Shown in pieces: positions 15,101-29,494 of a stretch of 64,000 bases of DNA. Each line of letters begins with the position of its first letter. Position 1 is the stretch's first letter. Both the position numbers and the translations under genes were made by a program. The notes below the pieces were generated by a model. The model had not been told where the DNA came from, did no database searches, and saw only the letters and a list, made by a program, of their open reading frames with translations. The stretch comes from the human T2T-CHM13v2.0 reference genome, Homo sapiens: assembly GCF_009914755.1 (NCBI RefSeq), contig NC_060933.1; one strand, written 5' to 3'.

Positions 15101-17088
15101 TGCTCAGGAGTCAGACACACTAAGGAAGTTGGAAGACAGGAGGAGAGGGTAGGAATGGCTTCATCTGCTCACCTTGCTTCTGCAACCAGAGGGACTTGCA
15201 AACACTCTTCTCTCAGTTTCTGTAGCTCGTGGATAGAAGATGTCATCCCATGGCTGACAGACATCTGGATTTTCTGTGCTGTGCTTATTCATTGAACTTA
15301 ATCATGACCTCACTTTCTATGCCTGAGTGAGTAGAGGCTCCTTCTCCCTGCTTGGGTACAGTTGTTGATGGATTGAAAAGCACTCACTGAGAAAAGATAT
15401 ACTGTGACCCCTCCCAAGCCCGAGTCAATGTGAAAAGGGCTAAAACTGTGCCAAGTGCCAGAGTCCACTGGAAATTTCTGAATCCAGCTGCACACCCAGA
15501 TGTGCATGTTGACAGGATGCCAAGCCATTCCAAAGTCTTGAGCAATGCGCAGTTCCAGGGCCCAGTGAGCTGGTGCCAAGGCTTTGACTGCCACTCCAGG
15601 AAGCCAGCAGCGGGGCAAGTGGGGGAAAGAATGCTCATTGAAAGAAGAAATTATTTTATGTATGGTTTCCCTGCTGACCAATGACATCTCTACCTTGCTA
15701 GTGTCCCACCTGTCCTCCAAAGTGGCTGACCCCACTGGAGATTGTTGCAGGCTGCAGCCATCTTGATGATGAGAATTGGCATCATCTGGGAGGAACACTC
15801 ACTTCGTAACACTTCCCTTGAAAGCCATACTGTGTAAAACTAACTGCAGAGATGCAAACTTTCTTGTTGGAAGCATTGGCCTATGAAGGTAATAGAGAGC
15901 CATAGGGAGAAAAACAAATTGGTGGAGGAAAAAGTGACCTATACTGCCATCTGTCTGTCTGGAAGAGCATAGGTGACTCAATCCATTTCACATTTACCTC
16001 TCTTCAGCATTCAGCTAAGGTAAAGAAAAAATGGAGGGAAATAACTTGGATCAAATGTCTGTCAGCCCCACCCCTCAGCTTCCCAATTATTTCATCCCTC
16101 CTCCAGCCCAAACACATCTTTCTCTCACATCCTGATAGAGGCATTTCCATCTGTTTGCAAAACCTCACATTCCTGCCATAGCAAGTTGGAACTCAGAATA
16201 TTGATACCCATTCTCTCTCCACTACTGTGTTCAAAACTGTCACCATCACAGGGGACATCAGGCCTTGGTGAACTTGTCTTGTAATCCAGCTTCCAAGCAC
16301 AACATTGTTTCAATGGGAAGGGAACTCATTCTGGGTCCAAACAAAAAGCTGGTTGGTGACCTTAACGAATACAACCACGACATGTTTAAGACTGTCTGCA
16401 CACGAAAATCAGCAAACATCAAAGATAGCATTGCACAATACGGAGTGTGGCACATCCAGAAAATTCAGGGGGAATGAAATTGCAAATGTAAGGGATAGAG
16501 TCAAAGACTGCATTTTAAGTTTATTTCCACCCAAACTGGTTCTTCCTCTGCCATGGAATAAGGAACAACTCAGCAAAGGGAGAGAAAGAAAGCAAAGCAA
16601 TGAGGAGTTTCAGCCGCCTATTCCTTCAGGGGAAAGCTGGCGTGTGCTTTTCCCAAACTCAGCTATAGGCAGAAAACCAGAAGTGAGGCCGCTTCATCAG
16701 GAAAAAGAGATGCAGACAGCCCAAGTTACACAAATCCCTGAGCCTTGTCTGCACAAGGGTGTTTCATTTCATGTGGCTGCTCAGTATGTAAAGGATGAAA
16801 GTCTCATTTTAAGTAAATAGTGACATGGACTGTGGTGTTGATTAACAATCAACCATGTCTCAAGTCCAGCTCTCTCCAACGAAAAGCACCAAGAAAATAC
16901 AATCTTCGGAAGAAAGGACTTGACAGAAACCACAGGCATGAAGTTGCATGGCCAGTTCCTGTTTGGGAAAAGCAACAGCACATTTGGTCTCTGAATTCCC
17001 TGCATTTGGCCGGCCATGTGGTCTCCAAAGTGGCTGTTTTTCTGAAGTCTCCATTGCGCATGGACCGACACACTCAGGCTTGCCTTCT

Positions 17089-17231
17089 TTCTGATGCCTT
17101 TTTGAGTGATGGCAAGAGCTATGTGAGTTCTCAGGGTGAGCTCTTTGTGTACAGGTTTGGTGTAAATAAGCATTCAGTTGAGCAAAGGTAGTTCTTACCA
17201 AGCCCTTGGCCATCACAAGACCACCTGTGCT
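17089..17231. repeat. inverted repeat IR1, left arm
   Basis: Reverse complement aligns to 18437-18580 with 13 substitutions and 1 indel (manual count), including a 37-bp perfect core. Confidence 0.95.
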
Positions 17232-17690
17232 GGAGCAGGCTGGGGCTGAGGAAAGGTTGGGAGTGAGTCTCCAGCTTCCCAAGAAGGAGTGACGTGGTCC
17301 CTGCCGAGAAGGAGTCATTTTGTTCATTCCCAGTCTCTTTCCTCCAAATTTTCAACCTAATTCCCACCTACGAGAGCAGTATTTTGGATACATGGAGCTC
17401 TCAGAGTGCCTCATTCCTGCAGTTTCCAAAGGCCCTTCTCAGTCCTCCTGTTTTCCATAAATGTAAGATGTGTTTCCAGGATCACCAGCTGCCTACTAGC
17501 AGGAAAGACCAAGGTGATCAATAAAGCACAGCAAGACCTTCCTTTTAAGCCACCCCAGCATGTTGCATTTCTAGAGCAAAGGAAGGAATGGGACTGAAGG
17601 CATAGCTTTGTTTGTAGGCTTTCATGTGCACCAGAATATACATTAAGGGACATGCCACACAATGTGTCTGTTTTTAAAGTGTTCATTCTA

Positions 17691-17988
17691 TGCCGGACAC
17701 AGTGGCTCACACCTGTAATCCGAGCACTTTGGGAGGCCGAGGCTGGTGGATCACTCCGAGGCCAGGAGTTTGAGACCAGTTTGGCCAACGTGGTGAAACC
17801 CCATCTCTACTAAAAATACAAAAAAATTAGCCTGGTGGCAGGTGCCTGTAATCCCACCTACTCGGGAGGCTAAGGCATGAGCCTCTCATTTGAACCTGGG
17901 AGGCAGAGGTTGCAGTGAGCTGAGATCATGCCACTGCACTTCAGCCTGGGCAACAGAGCAAGACTGTCTCAAAAATAAAATAAAATAA
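17691..17988 (+). mobile_element. AluS inside the IR1 spacer
   Basis: Full dimer; TSD AAAGTGTTCATTCTA / AAAATGTTCACTCTA. Confidence 0.92.
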
Positions 17989-18436
17989 AATGTTCACTCT
18001 AAAACGATTTGATTAACACACTGTTGACAACTGAGTTATCTGCTATGAACAATAGAAAAAAATGAGTTAAAGAAAGACCATTGTCTTGAACTACTGCTCT
18101 CAGAATGGTGGTCTCAAATTGTACAGAGCTCAACCTGCAAACACTGGAGCTCTCATCCCCTGGGGGGCTCTTAAATGGCCTGGAGGGTTTCCATAAGTGG
18201 GCCTACAGTTCAATAAGCAGGCCTAAAGTTCAAAGCCAATTTTCAGAATAAAGAAACATTCTCCCCAGGCTCCGGACACCTTGCAAATAGGAAAGTGGAC
18301 CTCTGATGGTGATTCATAAGCATTTCAATCTCATTCTCTAAGTCTTGTGACTGGCCATTCCATAACTCCAAATGCCTTTGGCTTTGAAATTTCCTCCCAG
18401 GGTGCCTGCCTGGCATGTAGAAACTTCATTTAGCAT

Positions 18437-18580
18437 AGCGCAGGTGGTCTTGTGCTGGCCCAGGGCTTGGTAAAAACTCCCTTTGCTCACCGGAATGTTT
18501 ACCTACACCAAACCTGTACACAAAGAGCTCACCCTGAGAATTCACACAGCTCTTTCCATCACTCAAAAAGAGCATCAGAA
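18437..18580. repeat. inverted repeat IR1, right arm
   Basis: AGCGCAGGTGGTCTTGTG...TACACCAAACCTGTACACAAAGAGCTCACCCTGAGAA...GCATCAGAA is the reverse complement of 17089-17231. Confidence 0.95.
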
Positions 18581-18595
18581 GAGCAAGAGAAGATG

Positions 18596-18846
<251 letters not shown>

Positions 18847-19924
18847 TTTGAGGTAGGCTATGTTCAGAATCTCAAAAATATTTTCTTAGAAAATAAAAAT
18901 AGTTGCTCTAAATTATTTCTCTTATGTTTTATGTTTTTTCTTTTTTTATCTGTCTTAAATTTTTTAATGAAGGAAATAATGTTAATAAGCAAAATACATT
19001 TATTTGAGAATATTGGAAAAATACCTAAATGAACAAACAGGTGAGAAAAACTGTAAGCTACCTATGCAAAGGAAGCCACAATTTACCTTTTGCATCTTTT
19101 TTTCCAGACTTTTTGTTATACATGTTTTGTGTAATTGAAACCATACTGTTTTATTTTATTTATTTATTTTAGATTCTGCTTTTTACACTTAGTAATGTGT
19201 AAAAAGGTCAGTGTGGCTGGAGCAGAGATAACATAAGCATTTCTCTGTGATATTAAAAAATTGTTGCATGTTAGAGAGCACAGATGACTCCCAGACAGAA
19301 TGAAGGGATAGATTTAAAAGGAATTTAATGACCTTCATATTTGGAACTACAGGGATTGCCGTAGAAACCTTAAGGTGAACCCACGGACAGGTCTAGCTAC
19401 AATCACAGGGACTGAAGAAAGGGATAGAGTCAAGATACCACTTCTCAGAAAGAGAGGCATTCAGTATGAGTTGAGAGAAACACATTGGAGGTCATAAAGC
19501 TGGAACTTTACAACAGCTTCCAGAAAGCAGAAGACTTAAAACTACCCAATACAAGTTCAACCTTGTTATTTTATAGACAAGAAGAAACTGGATCCATAAT
19601 GATAAAGTGACTCATGGTAAGCCCCATCGAGTGGAAGTTTGTGAGAGACTCAAAATGTTCTGACATTGGATCCAACATTATTTGGTCTGCATCTTCCTGC
19701 CTTTTCTTCCACTTGCCTTCTCCCACACTCCACGTTGGTGTACAAGTGGGAATCAACATGTGTTATAACCATCTCACAGGGAGATGAGCTCAGATGGTTA
19801 ATGGATGTGAAAACTCTTTGACAATGGGAAAACGACAAAAAACTAAAGCTTTATTGCTGCTGCTGCTGCTGCTAGTTTCCTACCTACTGAGGATAAAGAT
19901 GAATGCAGCCACCTTTGACTCATT

Positions 19925-20470
19925 TAATGTATTCATTCAATAAACATTACTGAGTGTGCCAGGCACTGGGTGTAGGCATTAGGTATACAACAGGGAACAA
20001 ACAGATAAAACACTTATGGAGTTTATAGTCTAGGTAAGACACCAAAGATGAACAATAAATTAAGTTACAGCCTATGATAGTTGAAGATAAGTGATAAGGA
20101 GGAATAAGTAGGCAGAGATAAGTTATGCAATGTTCTGGAAGGATGTTAGATAAGGCCGCTAGGGAAGGAAGCCGTGTGTATATATGGGAAAGAGCATCTA
20201 GGGACAGAGAATAGCAGGGGCCAATGCCTTGAAACGGGAGTGTGTCTGTGCTTTTGAGGACCAGGGAAGAGGTCAGTGTGGCTGGAGCAGAGATGACATA
20301 AACAAAGGCATGATAGGGGCCCAGATCATGTAGAGTTGTGGAGATGAATTTACTGAGGGAAGATAGTAGATGGTTCTGAACAGAGGAGTGATGTGGTCTG
20401 ACTTCAACTTTAAAGAGGGTCTCTCTGGCCATATAAAGAATAGACTCAAGGGAAGTGAGAGGGTGGGCAG
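19925..20470 (-). mobile_element. L2 3' region
   Basis: ATTCATTCAATAAACATTACTGAGTGTGCCAGGCACTG...GGTCAGTGTGGCTGGAGCAGAG...GGGCCCAGATCATGTAG. Confidence 0.8.
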
Positions 20471-21205
20471 GAGAAGGTTAATTCAGCAGGCCTGGTTTGC
20501 TCAAACCCTGCACGCTCAAAAAAAAAAAAAAAAAGAAAAGAAAGAAAAGAAAAAAAATGCCTGAGGGTGGTCTTAACTCCCTAAGCTGCTCACACCCCTC
20601 TTCCCCTACCCACCCACCCACACACAGTGAGGGCCAGGAGAGAAGCTAGGAAGCAGATGCACTCATCCAGGTGGCAGAGCAGGGTGGCATCTGCCATGAT
20701 TTTGTCCCATCAGTGTCCTGGGATTTCTGTTGACTCTTTTGAAACTCCTTGGCAAGGGAAAGATACCTTTCATGAATGTCAATTGATGAAATCCAGAATC
20801 TCTTTATTAAACGGCTAATTCTGGTCTGATCTGTCAGAGAATCATTTCTGCTTTTTCCCCAGTGAAGAAGTTCTTGAGAAACTTGGTATCTCTAAGATGC
20901 TAAGCAAAAAGACCAAGGTTTCTTGTTTCTCTGTTGGTGTGAGCCAGCAGGTCTGCATCAGGCAATGGATGCAAGTGTCATTGGAAGTGCCTGGGAACAA
21001 GGAGAAACCCATAGCATTCAGATTTGTCTGTGATCTCCACCTCCACAACATGGCCACTAGTAACCTCATCATTATTTCAAATGGGCGGACAACCCACTGG
21101 CCTTGTAACCCTCCCAAGGATGGATTTTGACTTGACTTTCCTACAAGTCTCCCAAGTGTAGGAAACTTGGGAGAGCAGGAGAAAAATAGATCAACTTCTA
21201 CTTGA

Positions 21206-21560
<355 letters not shown>

Positions 21561-24500
21561 CCATTTTCTTTATTATAATTTTCACCTGGAATAGTCACAA
21601 CAATGGGGGTATATTAATGAATTGTACTGATGGGTGCTTGGGATAAAATGCAATGAGTGTTTGTAGATGAAGTGCAAGCCTATATGAAGTGCCTGTTCCA
21701 TAGCAAGATTTGGGGAGGAGAGCATAATGTGCTTCACACAGCTGCGAAGCTTTGGAGAACCTAAGGGCTTTTATAAACAGGAGAGTAAACTTTTTCTGTA
21801 AGGAGTTCAGTGTGTGTTTGGAAAAAGGAAGGCAGGGGCAGACCCTATCAGGAGCCATTAGCTTCTTAAGTTCTTCAGCTGCTGGGATTACGATCTCTGC
21901 CTATCCAAAAAGCAAGAGAAAAGCACAGACTGAGAACTCAGCCAGACATTGGATCAAATCCCAACCCCATCTCTTATCAGGAGAGTTACCCTGGGCAAGT
22001 TACTTAGCATCTTGGGGTATTTCAGCCTTCCATTCTCCTTTCATTAAATGTGGATTATGTTACCCGTCTCCAGGCATTGGTGTATGAGATTTAAATAATA
22101 ACGTTTGGCACTCAGCCTACAGTAGGCACCTAATGAATGCTCACTTTCCACTTCTAGGTATTCCACGGACTAATCAACCATAACAATATTATCAGTATAA
22201 TTGGGAGGAGAAAAGAAAACAGGAGACTTTCCTTGGTCAGTGAGAAGGTACAGCTTTCAACTCTTCTTTTGCTTGCAGAGCCTGCTGAAGTATCATAGAA
22301 TCTCCTGCCTAGGGAAACCACAATTTCACAATCTTTGCTCATGCTTTTTGCCCCATAGTTGATTTTCAATGGTCTGCCACGTGGAGGTTTATGGCCAGCA
22401 CTCTGATTGGTCAGGGCCATGCTGTATTGGTGGTTTATTATTATTTTAACATGCCCCCTGTTTTGTGCCAACAAAATATGGATAGCTGGAAGGTGTAGAA
22501 TATTCTTTGCTTTTCTGAACAACTCAATGAGTTTTCGGCTAGCAGAGGTATCTGTAAACTAATGTGAACTAGGAAGTTAAGAGCTTGACTGACATATGAA
22601 GAATTTATGTTTTAAAGACAGAAAGCAGAGAGGAAAAGAAGCTATCCAGAGAGGATGAGGCCCCAAAAGATTGTGACAAGATGGGGACAATATGGCCACT
22701 GATAAGTTACCTCTGGTGAGTGATGGCTCATGGAATCTCCAGAAAGTGATGTCTAATATCCATGGTGAAATTTGTATCTGTACAGAGCTATGCAATAGCT
22801 CCTTTTATTTCAAACTTTCTGCAAAAGTGTTAGTAGCCCTCTGAGGGAAGAAAGGTTTTGGAGTGGTTGCAATGTAGGCTGAAGGAAGCCTACATGATAA
22901 AACCTAAAGCCATGTTATCAAGCTAGATGCTATGCAGACTTACCAGGAGACCAAGAAATCTCCTGGAATATTGAAAGGAGTAGCACATAGAAGGTGGGGT
23001 GGGGGCTTGAGTACTAAGATAAATGGCCACCCTAGACGTTTGAGACATTTGGATGGAGAACTCTGGAGTCTATTTGAATTGAGTATTTTGTTTTCTTAAG
23101 TGCACTTGGTCAAAACAATAAAATCACTCACAAATGCACTTTTCCATGCATCTGCCTGTGTGAATGTATGAGATATACCTGCTCCCAACTCCAGAGATAA
23201 CATTGGGATAACCCAACAGCTTCAGAGGCCAGAAGGCAGCCATCCTAGTGCCTCGGGGGCCCTTGAGGGGATCTGAAAGCTGAAGTACGGAGAGCTGCAC
23301 AAAGGGCAGGTCTTCCCTGCTCTTTTATGAGTAGCTGGATGAGAGGTCTTAAAAGTGATGACTGCAGAGTCCATTAACAGAGGCTGCAGGCTCTTGAAGT
23401 ACTTCCATGCCTGAGCCAGTGAATTCTAGCTCTGAATTTGCCTTCAACTCCAAATAAAAATTTTTAATTCAGGGGATCATATCCTGCCCCTCAGGTTCCC
23501 CCTTCAAATTTCAGAAAAGCATTTTGGATAGAAATGTCAATTAACCAGGGAAGAAGCATTCACAGGAAAAGGGTACGGTGTCATTTGTGATTTTAGAACA
23601 AGTAAAAGAGGCATTTCAAAAAAGTTCCAGGGTTGACATCGAGGCAGGAGTATGTTTAGCCATTCTCAGACTCCAATTCTGGCAGCTGGAACCCAAATTG
23701 TAGGTGCTTTGTCTTTGAGGGCTCAATGAAATATGAACTACTTAAGATGTTGCTCAGATGAAGAAATATATGCGTTTATTAAGTATAAATGATCAGAGGA
23801 TTCTTTACTTCATGAATTCTTGTCTAAAACTTCACTGGCACATACATGAGACATAGGTGTCAAGGATATTTTTGAATTTTTCCTTGGCTCATGCTCATCA
23901 ATAACATAAATTTCTGTGAAGGAAGTACCATATTTTGCTCAAACGCCATATCCTTCTGTTCCAAGAAAAAATAAAAAAGGATATAAACCAAGAAGCAGCT
24001 TCTATTTGGGCCTCTTTGGCAGGGAAATAAAGGGGAAAGAAACTGGGAAATATATTCCCTTGCTCAGAGTAGGGAATGGGAAGGATTCCTTAATAAACAT
24101 ATGTGCTACTAAATCCTGCCTGGAAACAAAGAATGATATAAACAAGCCGTGGCTTACGGTTTCAAAATCCAGTAAATTATACTTATGGTTGTGCATTTGT
24201 CAAGATAAGTAGCTAATGGTAATCCAATAAGCAGATAAGAGTAATAAAATGCACTGAGGTAGGGCAGAAGTCAGACCTAGTGATGGGGACAACCTTTCAC
24301 ATTTGTGGTCCTAAAAGACCTCATCAAATATCTTAGGACAGGAGTGATGGCCAGGCCAGGGGCAAAAGGCTGGGGAGAGAGTGGGGAAGAAAGGTCATTT
24401 TTGTTAGTAGCCCTTCAATAGTGACAGAGCATTTACTATTCCCTAGTTTTATAATAGCTGAAGTGATACATTTCATATGAAGAAATATATAGCAATATAG

Positions 24501-25719
24501 AGAAGAGACATATTTCTGCCTCAAAGAGATTTTAGGAAAGAAAAACTAGGGCAAGAACCAGCATTCTATGGGGGATTACTGTACCTAGGCAGCAGAATAA
24601 GCACTAAACACATTTTCAGACTTTAGACTAAAATAGAAACCCTAGCAATTGTCGAATTCCTAAAATTTGCTGGGGACTGATTCTAACAGACTCCTTTAGA
24701 TCTACATCTGTTGTGTTGTGACTGAGTATGCGGGAATAGATACAGCTCCAACCCGCCTTTCCAAGCTATCCTGTTCTCCAGGTGGCCTCTGAAATCTTTC
24801 TCTGCTGGAGTTCTATGGACGTAGCAAGATCGGGGGAAGTGTCACTGTGAAAGCAACTCTCCATAGTCATCTTCTAGTCACTGGAAACAGAAACTAACAG
24901 TCTGGTTGTCCTTAATAGAGAAAATCCCATCAAGTTAAGGCTAATCTCTGACTTGTGTGGGCCTGGGAGTAAGGAACAAATGTATTCCTGCCTTCATATC
25001 TGGGCCTCTAGCTGACACATGCAACCCCACTGGGCAAAGCATCACTGTTCATATTCGACATGAAGAGCTGGCCTCATAGCAAGGCCAAGGCAGGGCTACA
25101 ATCCCTGCGTGAGCCCCTGTGCCCATCTATGCAGAGGGCATGGGTAGAGATGCTTTCACAAAGACTGCCCAGAGCAGCCAGTAACATGTTCTCCCTTCCC
25201 AATTATCTCTTGCTCAGATAGAATTATTTTAGAAAAATTTAAAAATGTGCATACTAGAGGTTGTTATTTTGGCAAATTTAGTTTAGCTGTCAGAGGTCAT
25301 GCAGGGCAAGTAGAAAGCACTTCTTGTTTGCTCTCAAACCTACCCTGATTCAAATTCTTGCTCAGTCACTGTAATCTTGTTTGAGCTTTAAATTCTTTAT
25401 CTCTGAAAGAGAAGACATAACACTTACGGTGGATGGTGGTTGTAATCACGTGTGGCAAACACTTGACATACAAAACACATTCATTTAACAGTAGCTACAA
25501 TTAAGTGCTAATGTCATCAACTGTAAATATTGAAGCAGGTAACAATTATCCTGTGCTGAAAGTTTTCCTGAAACGCTTATTTAGGGTCCAATTTGCCAGA
25601 CTTTATCATGAGTAATACCTTCTAAATATCTACAACTACAGTTCACAAACTGTTTTCACATTTATTGTCTCATGTAATTCTCACAACTGCCAGAAAGTTT
25701 GATAATATTATTATACTCA

Positions 25720-26074
<355 letters not shown>

Positions 26075-26319
26075 TGAAGAGGCTAAGTAAGTCACCCATG
26101 GCCGCAAAGTTAGCAAATTAGCCAATATCGGTATCAACAATCCTAGGCTGACTGCCTCACAGAGCAGTGTTCAAGTTTATGCACATACATGTTCTTTCAT
26201 TAAACAAACTCTTGTTGTACCCTTGTGGCCCGGAGCTAAGTGCAGAGAGCACAGCAGTAATACAAAAGGCATCACCTTTGCATTCAAGGGATTTATATTT
26301 CTTCAGGGAACACAGACAT

Positions 26320-27826
26320 TGGAAAATGAGCAACTGATTAAAAATTGGGCAGAAAGTCTAAACAGACACCTCATCAAAAAAGATATACAGATGGCAAGTA
26401 AGCCATCTTAATTGAAAAGTAAAGTAAGATGTAAAGTAAGAAAAGTAAAGTAAAATAAAAAGATGCTCCACATCGTATAGTATTAGGGAATTTTAAATTA
26501 AAATAAGATAGCAGATACACTTATTAGAATGGCTAGAATCCAGATCACTGACACCAAATGCTGGCCAGAGTGCGGACCAACAGAAACTCTCATTCAGTGC
26601 TGGTGAGAATGTAAAATGATACAGCTACTTTGGAAGACAGTTGGTGGTTTCTTACAAAACTAAACATAATCGTACCACATGATCCAGCAAATACGATCCT
26701 TGGTATTTACCCAAAGGTGCTGAAAACCTAGGTCCACACAGAAATCTGCGCTTGGATACTTATAGCCGCTTTATACATAACTGCCATAACTTTGATGCAA
26801 CCAAGAAGCCCTTCAGAAGGTGCCTTAGTCCATTCTCTGTTACTAGAACAGAGTACCTGAGACTGGGTAATTTCTACAGAAAAGAGGTTCACTTAGGCTC
26901 ATGGTTCTGTAGGCTGAGAAGTCCGAGATTGGGAGCCCGCATCTGGCCAGCCTCTGGTGAAGGCCTCATGCTGCCTTGTAATATGGTGGGGAAGAAGAAG
27001 GGGAAGTGGACACTTGTGAAAAGGGCAAATCAAAAGGGGTGGCCTCACTTGATAACAACCCACTCTCATGGTAACTAATTGAGCACCTCAAGAGCCAGAA
27101 CTCACTCACTCCCGTGACAATAAATGCCACCCCAAGAGAGTAGCATTCATTCCTGTTAACGATCTAATCCCCTTTTAAAGATCTCCCAACACGACTCCAT
27201 TGGGGACCAAATTTCCAAACATGCGTTCTGGGGGCACACTCAACCCATAGCAATAGGTGAAAAGATAAATAAACTATGGTACGTACACACAATTGAATAT
27301 TATTTAGCACAAAAAAATTAAGTGAGCTATTAAGCCATGGGAAGACATGGAGGAATCTCAAATGCATATTACTAACTAAAAGAAGCCAATATGAAAATGC
27401 CACATACTGTGTGATTCCAACTCTATGACACTCTTGGGAAAGCGAAACTATGAAGACAGTAAAAAGATCAGTGGTTTTCAGAGGTTGGTGGAAGGGAGGG
27501 ATGAAAGGCAGAGCACAGATGACTTTCAGGGCAGTGAAACTACTCTGTGTGATACTACGATGATGGACACAGATCATTATACATACGTCAAAACCCATAG
27601 AAAGTACAGCAGGAGTGAACCCTACTGTGTATGCTATGGACTTTCAGTGATGGTGTCTCGGTGTCGGTTAATCAATTGTAAGAAATATACCCTTGTGGTG
27701 GGTGATGTCAATAGTGGGAGAGATTGTGCCTGCATAGGGGCAGAGCATATATGGGAATTCTCTGTGCCTTCTGCTCAATTTTGGTGTGAACCTAAAACTG
27801 CTCTAAAAAATAAAGCTATTTAAAAA
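26320..27826 (+). mobile_element. L1MC1/2-like 3' end, split by MST
   Basis: ORF2 remnant followed by an L1MC 3'UTR ending GAACCTAAAACTGCTCTAAAAAATAAAG. Confidence 0.85.
26821..27252 (-). mobile_element. MST-family solo LTR
   Basis: TGCCTTAGTCCATTCTCTGTTACT...CAACCCATAGCA; degenerate TSD GAAGG/ATAGG. Confidence 0.85.
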
Positions 27827-29494
27827 GCAACAAAATAAAACTACTCTGATTGTAGAAAATGCAATGAAAGATTATGCAGGGAACTCAGCAGTCTAGTGTA
27901 GTCTTGGAGAATCAGAAAAGCGGTTTGAAGTAAGTGATCTTTGAGCTGAAATCTGCACCATGAATAGTTGAAATATCAACTGTACTAAGTGCCATACTTG
28001 GTGAACTGAAGTAAACATATGGGCAACAGGACCGTAATAATGAACAATAAATTAAATCCACTTAAAACAGTTATCGTACATGGTGAATACTACTTGTTGT
28101 AATGATCAGTCTACTTGTGTGAAGTGTGCCTCAGATCTGGAAAAACTAAACTGGGGAAGGGGCCAAATATTGTCATGGTAACAGAAAGAACCCATGCTAA
28201 AGGGTTTTCAATAAGCAAGAACAGCCAGTATTACGTAAGTAGCCGTCCATGGGAGCTGACATCTGTTATTCATTTGTTGATTTTAGGTTGAAGAAAAACA
28301 GGATAATTGGAAATACTTCTATGTTCTGGGAAAATACGGAATGGAAGAGCTCTTAGTGTTTCTTAAATGGTGATCCATTACTTTTAACATTTAGTACAAA
28401 CCTGCCCTCTCCAATTAATGAATGAACAAGAGAGCTGGACAACATCTAGATTCAATCATTTCAAAGCTATGGAAGATCAAAGACAGGTCCTTGCTTAAGC
28501 CAGGAGAAAAGAGGGCTTCCATCATGAAAAGGACTTCCACCATGAAAAGCATCTTTTGGGTGCTTGGGAAGAAATGAGAAAAAGTGTATTAAGAAGGAGG
28601 TGGAAAATATTTAGCAGATGGTTGCAACTCTGCTACCTATCTCAGAGGAAAACAGCAAGGAAAAGAACAAATTCAGCTACCTACATAGCATAATAGTTCA
28701 AAGCAAAGATATTTATATCAAACAGACTTAGACTTAAGCCCCAGTTCTACCATTGATTAGCTATAAGATGTTAGGCAAGTTTCTGAATTTCTCTATAATC
28801 CAGTCTTCTCATCTGTGAAATGGGAACATTACCAGAAGATTGTACACTCAGTTATTATTTGACGTCATCTAGCATATAATAGCCACAAGCTAAATATCAG
28901 CTGTATTTTTTTAACGCTGTGAGTAGCTCTCCCAGCACAATAGTTTTGCAATCCTGTTCATCTTTAATTCCTGTTGGACTGAAAACATTTTAGGAAAATG
29001 CTAGGGGAAAATCAGAACCCTTTGGTGAGTTGCCAGAGAGCTGACAGTACAAGGGCAAATGCCGGCCTACTGCAGTGGTGGTTTCCAAAGCAAAAACCAG
29101 ACTTGGGCCCATATCTCTGAGGGGCTCCAGTTTGGCCTCAGGTGTCTAGTGGAGCCCATAGTGCTGAGGTGTGCTGATGCCTCATCCCTCTGCTTATTAT
29201 CCCTTTAAAGCAGGGTGGGTGACTGGACATGGGAAGCAGCAGAGATCTGACCAGTACACCTGCCTTCCTCACTTGGATTCCTAAGCCCACCTGAGTTGTC
29301 ATCCAGTCCCCTGTTAGAACCCTTGTAGCCGCAGCTGTGTTCTATAACTACAGCAATGTCTGAGGATACTTCGCTTTATGTGCATAAAGGAGAGAGCACA
29401 ATTTCAACAATTATTCTCTGCATGCGCTCAACCCAGTTACTTAGTTAATCTGAATTTCCAATTCCTCGTGTTTACAAATGGGGCCAAGGATACT

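Noticed and set aside
15310-17788. Many overlapping 60-170-aa ORFs on both strands
   Set aside because: No recognisable domain, no consistent strand, and no TSD or poly(A) of a retrocopy; consistent with chance ORFs in slightly higher-GC DNA.
22378-22430. E-box CACGTG plus two reverse CCAAT boxes as a promoter
   Set aside because: No CpG island or other evidence of a TSS; short motifs are expected by chance.
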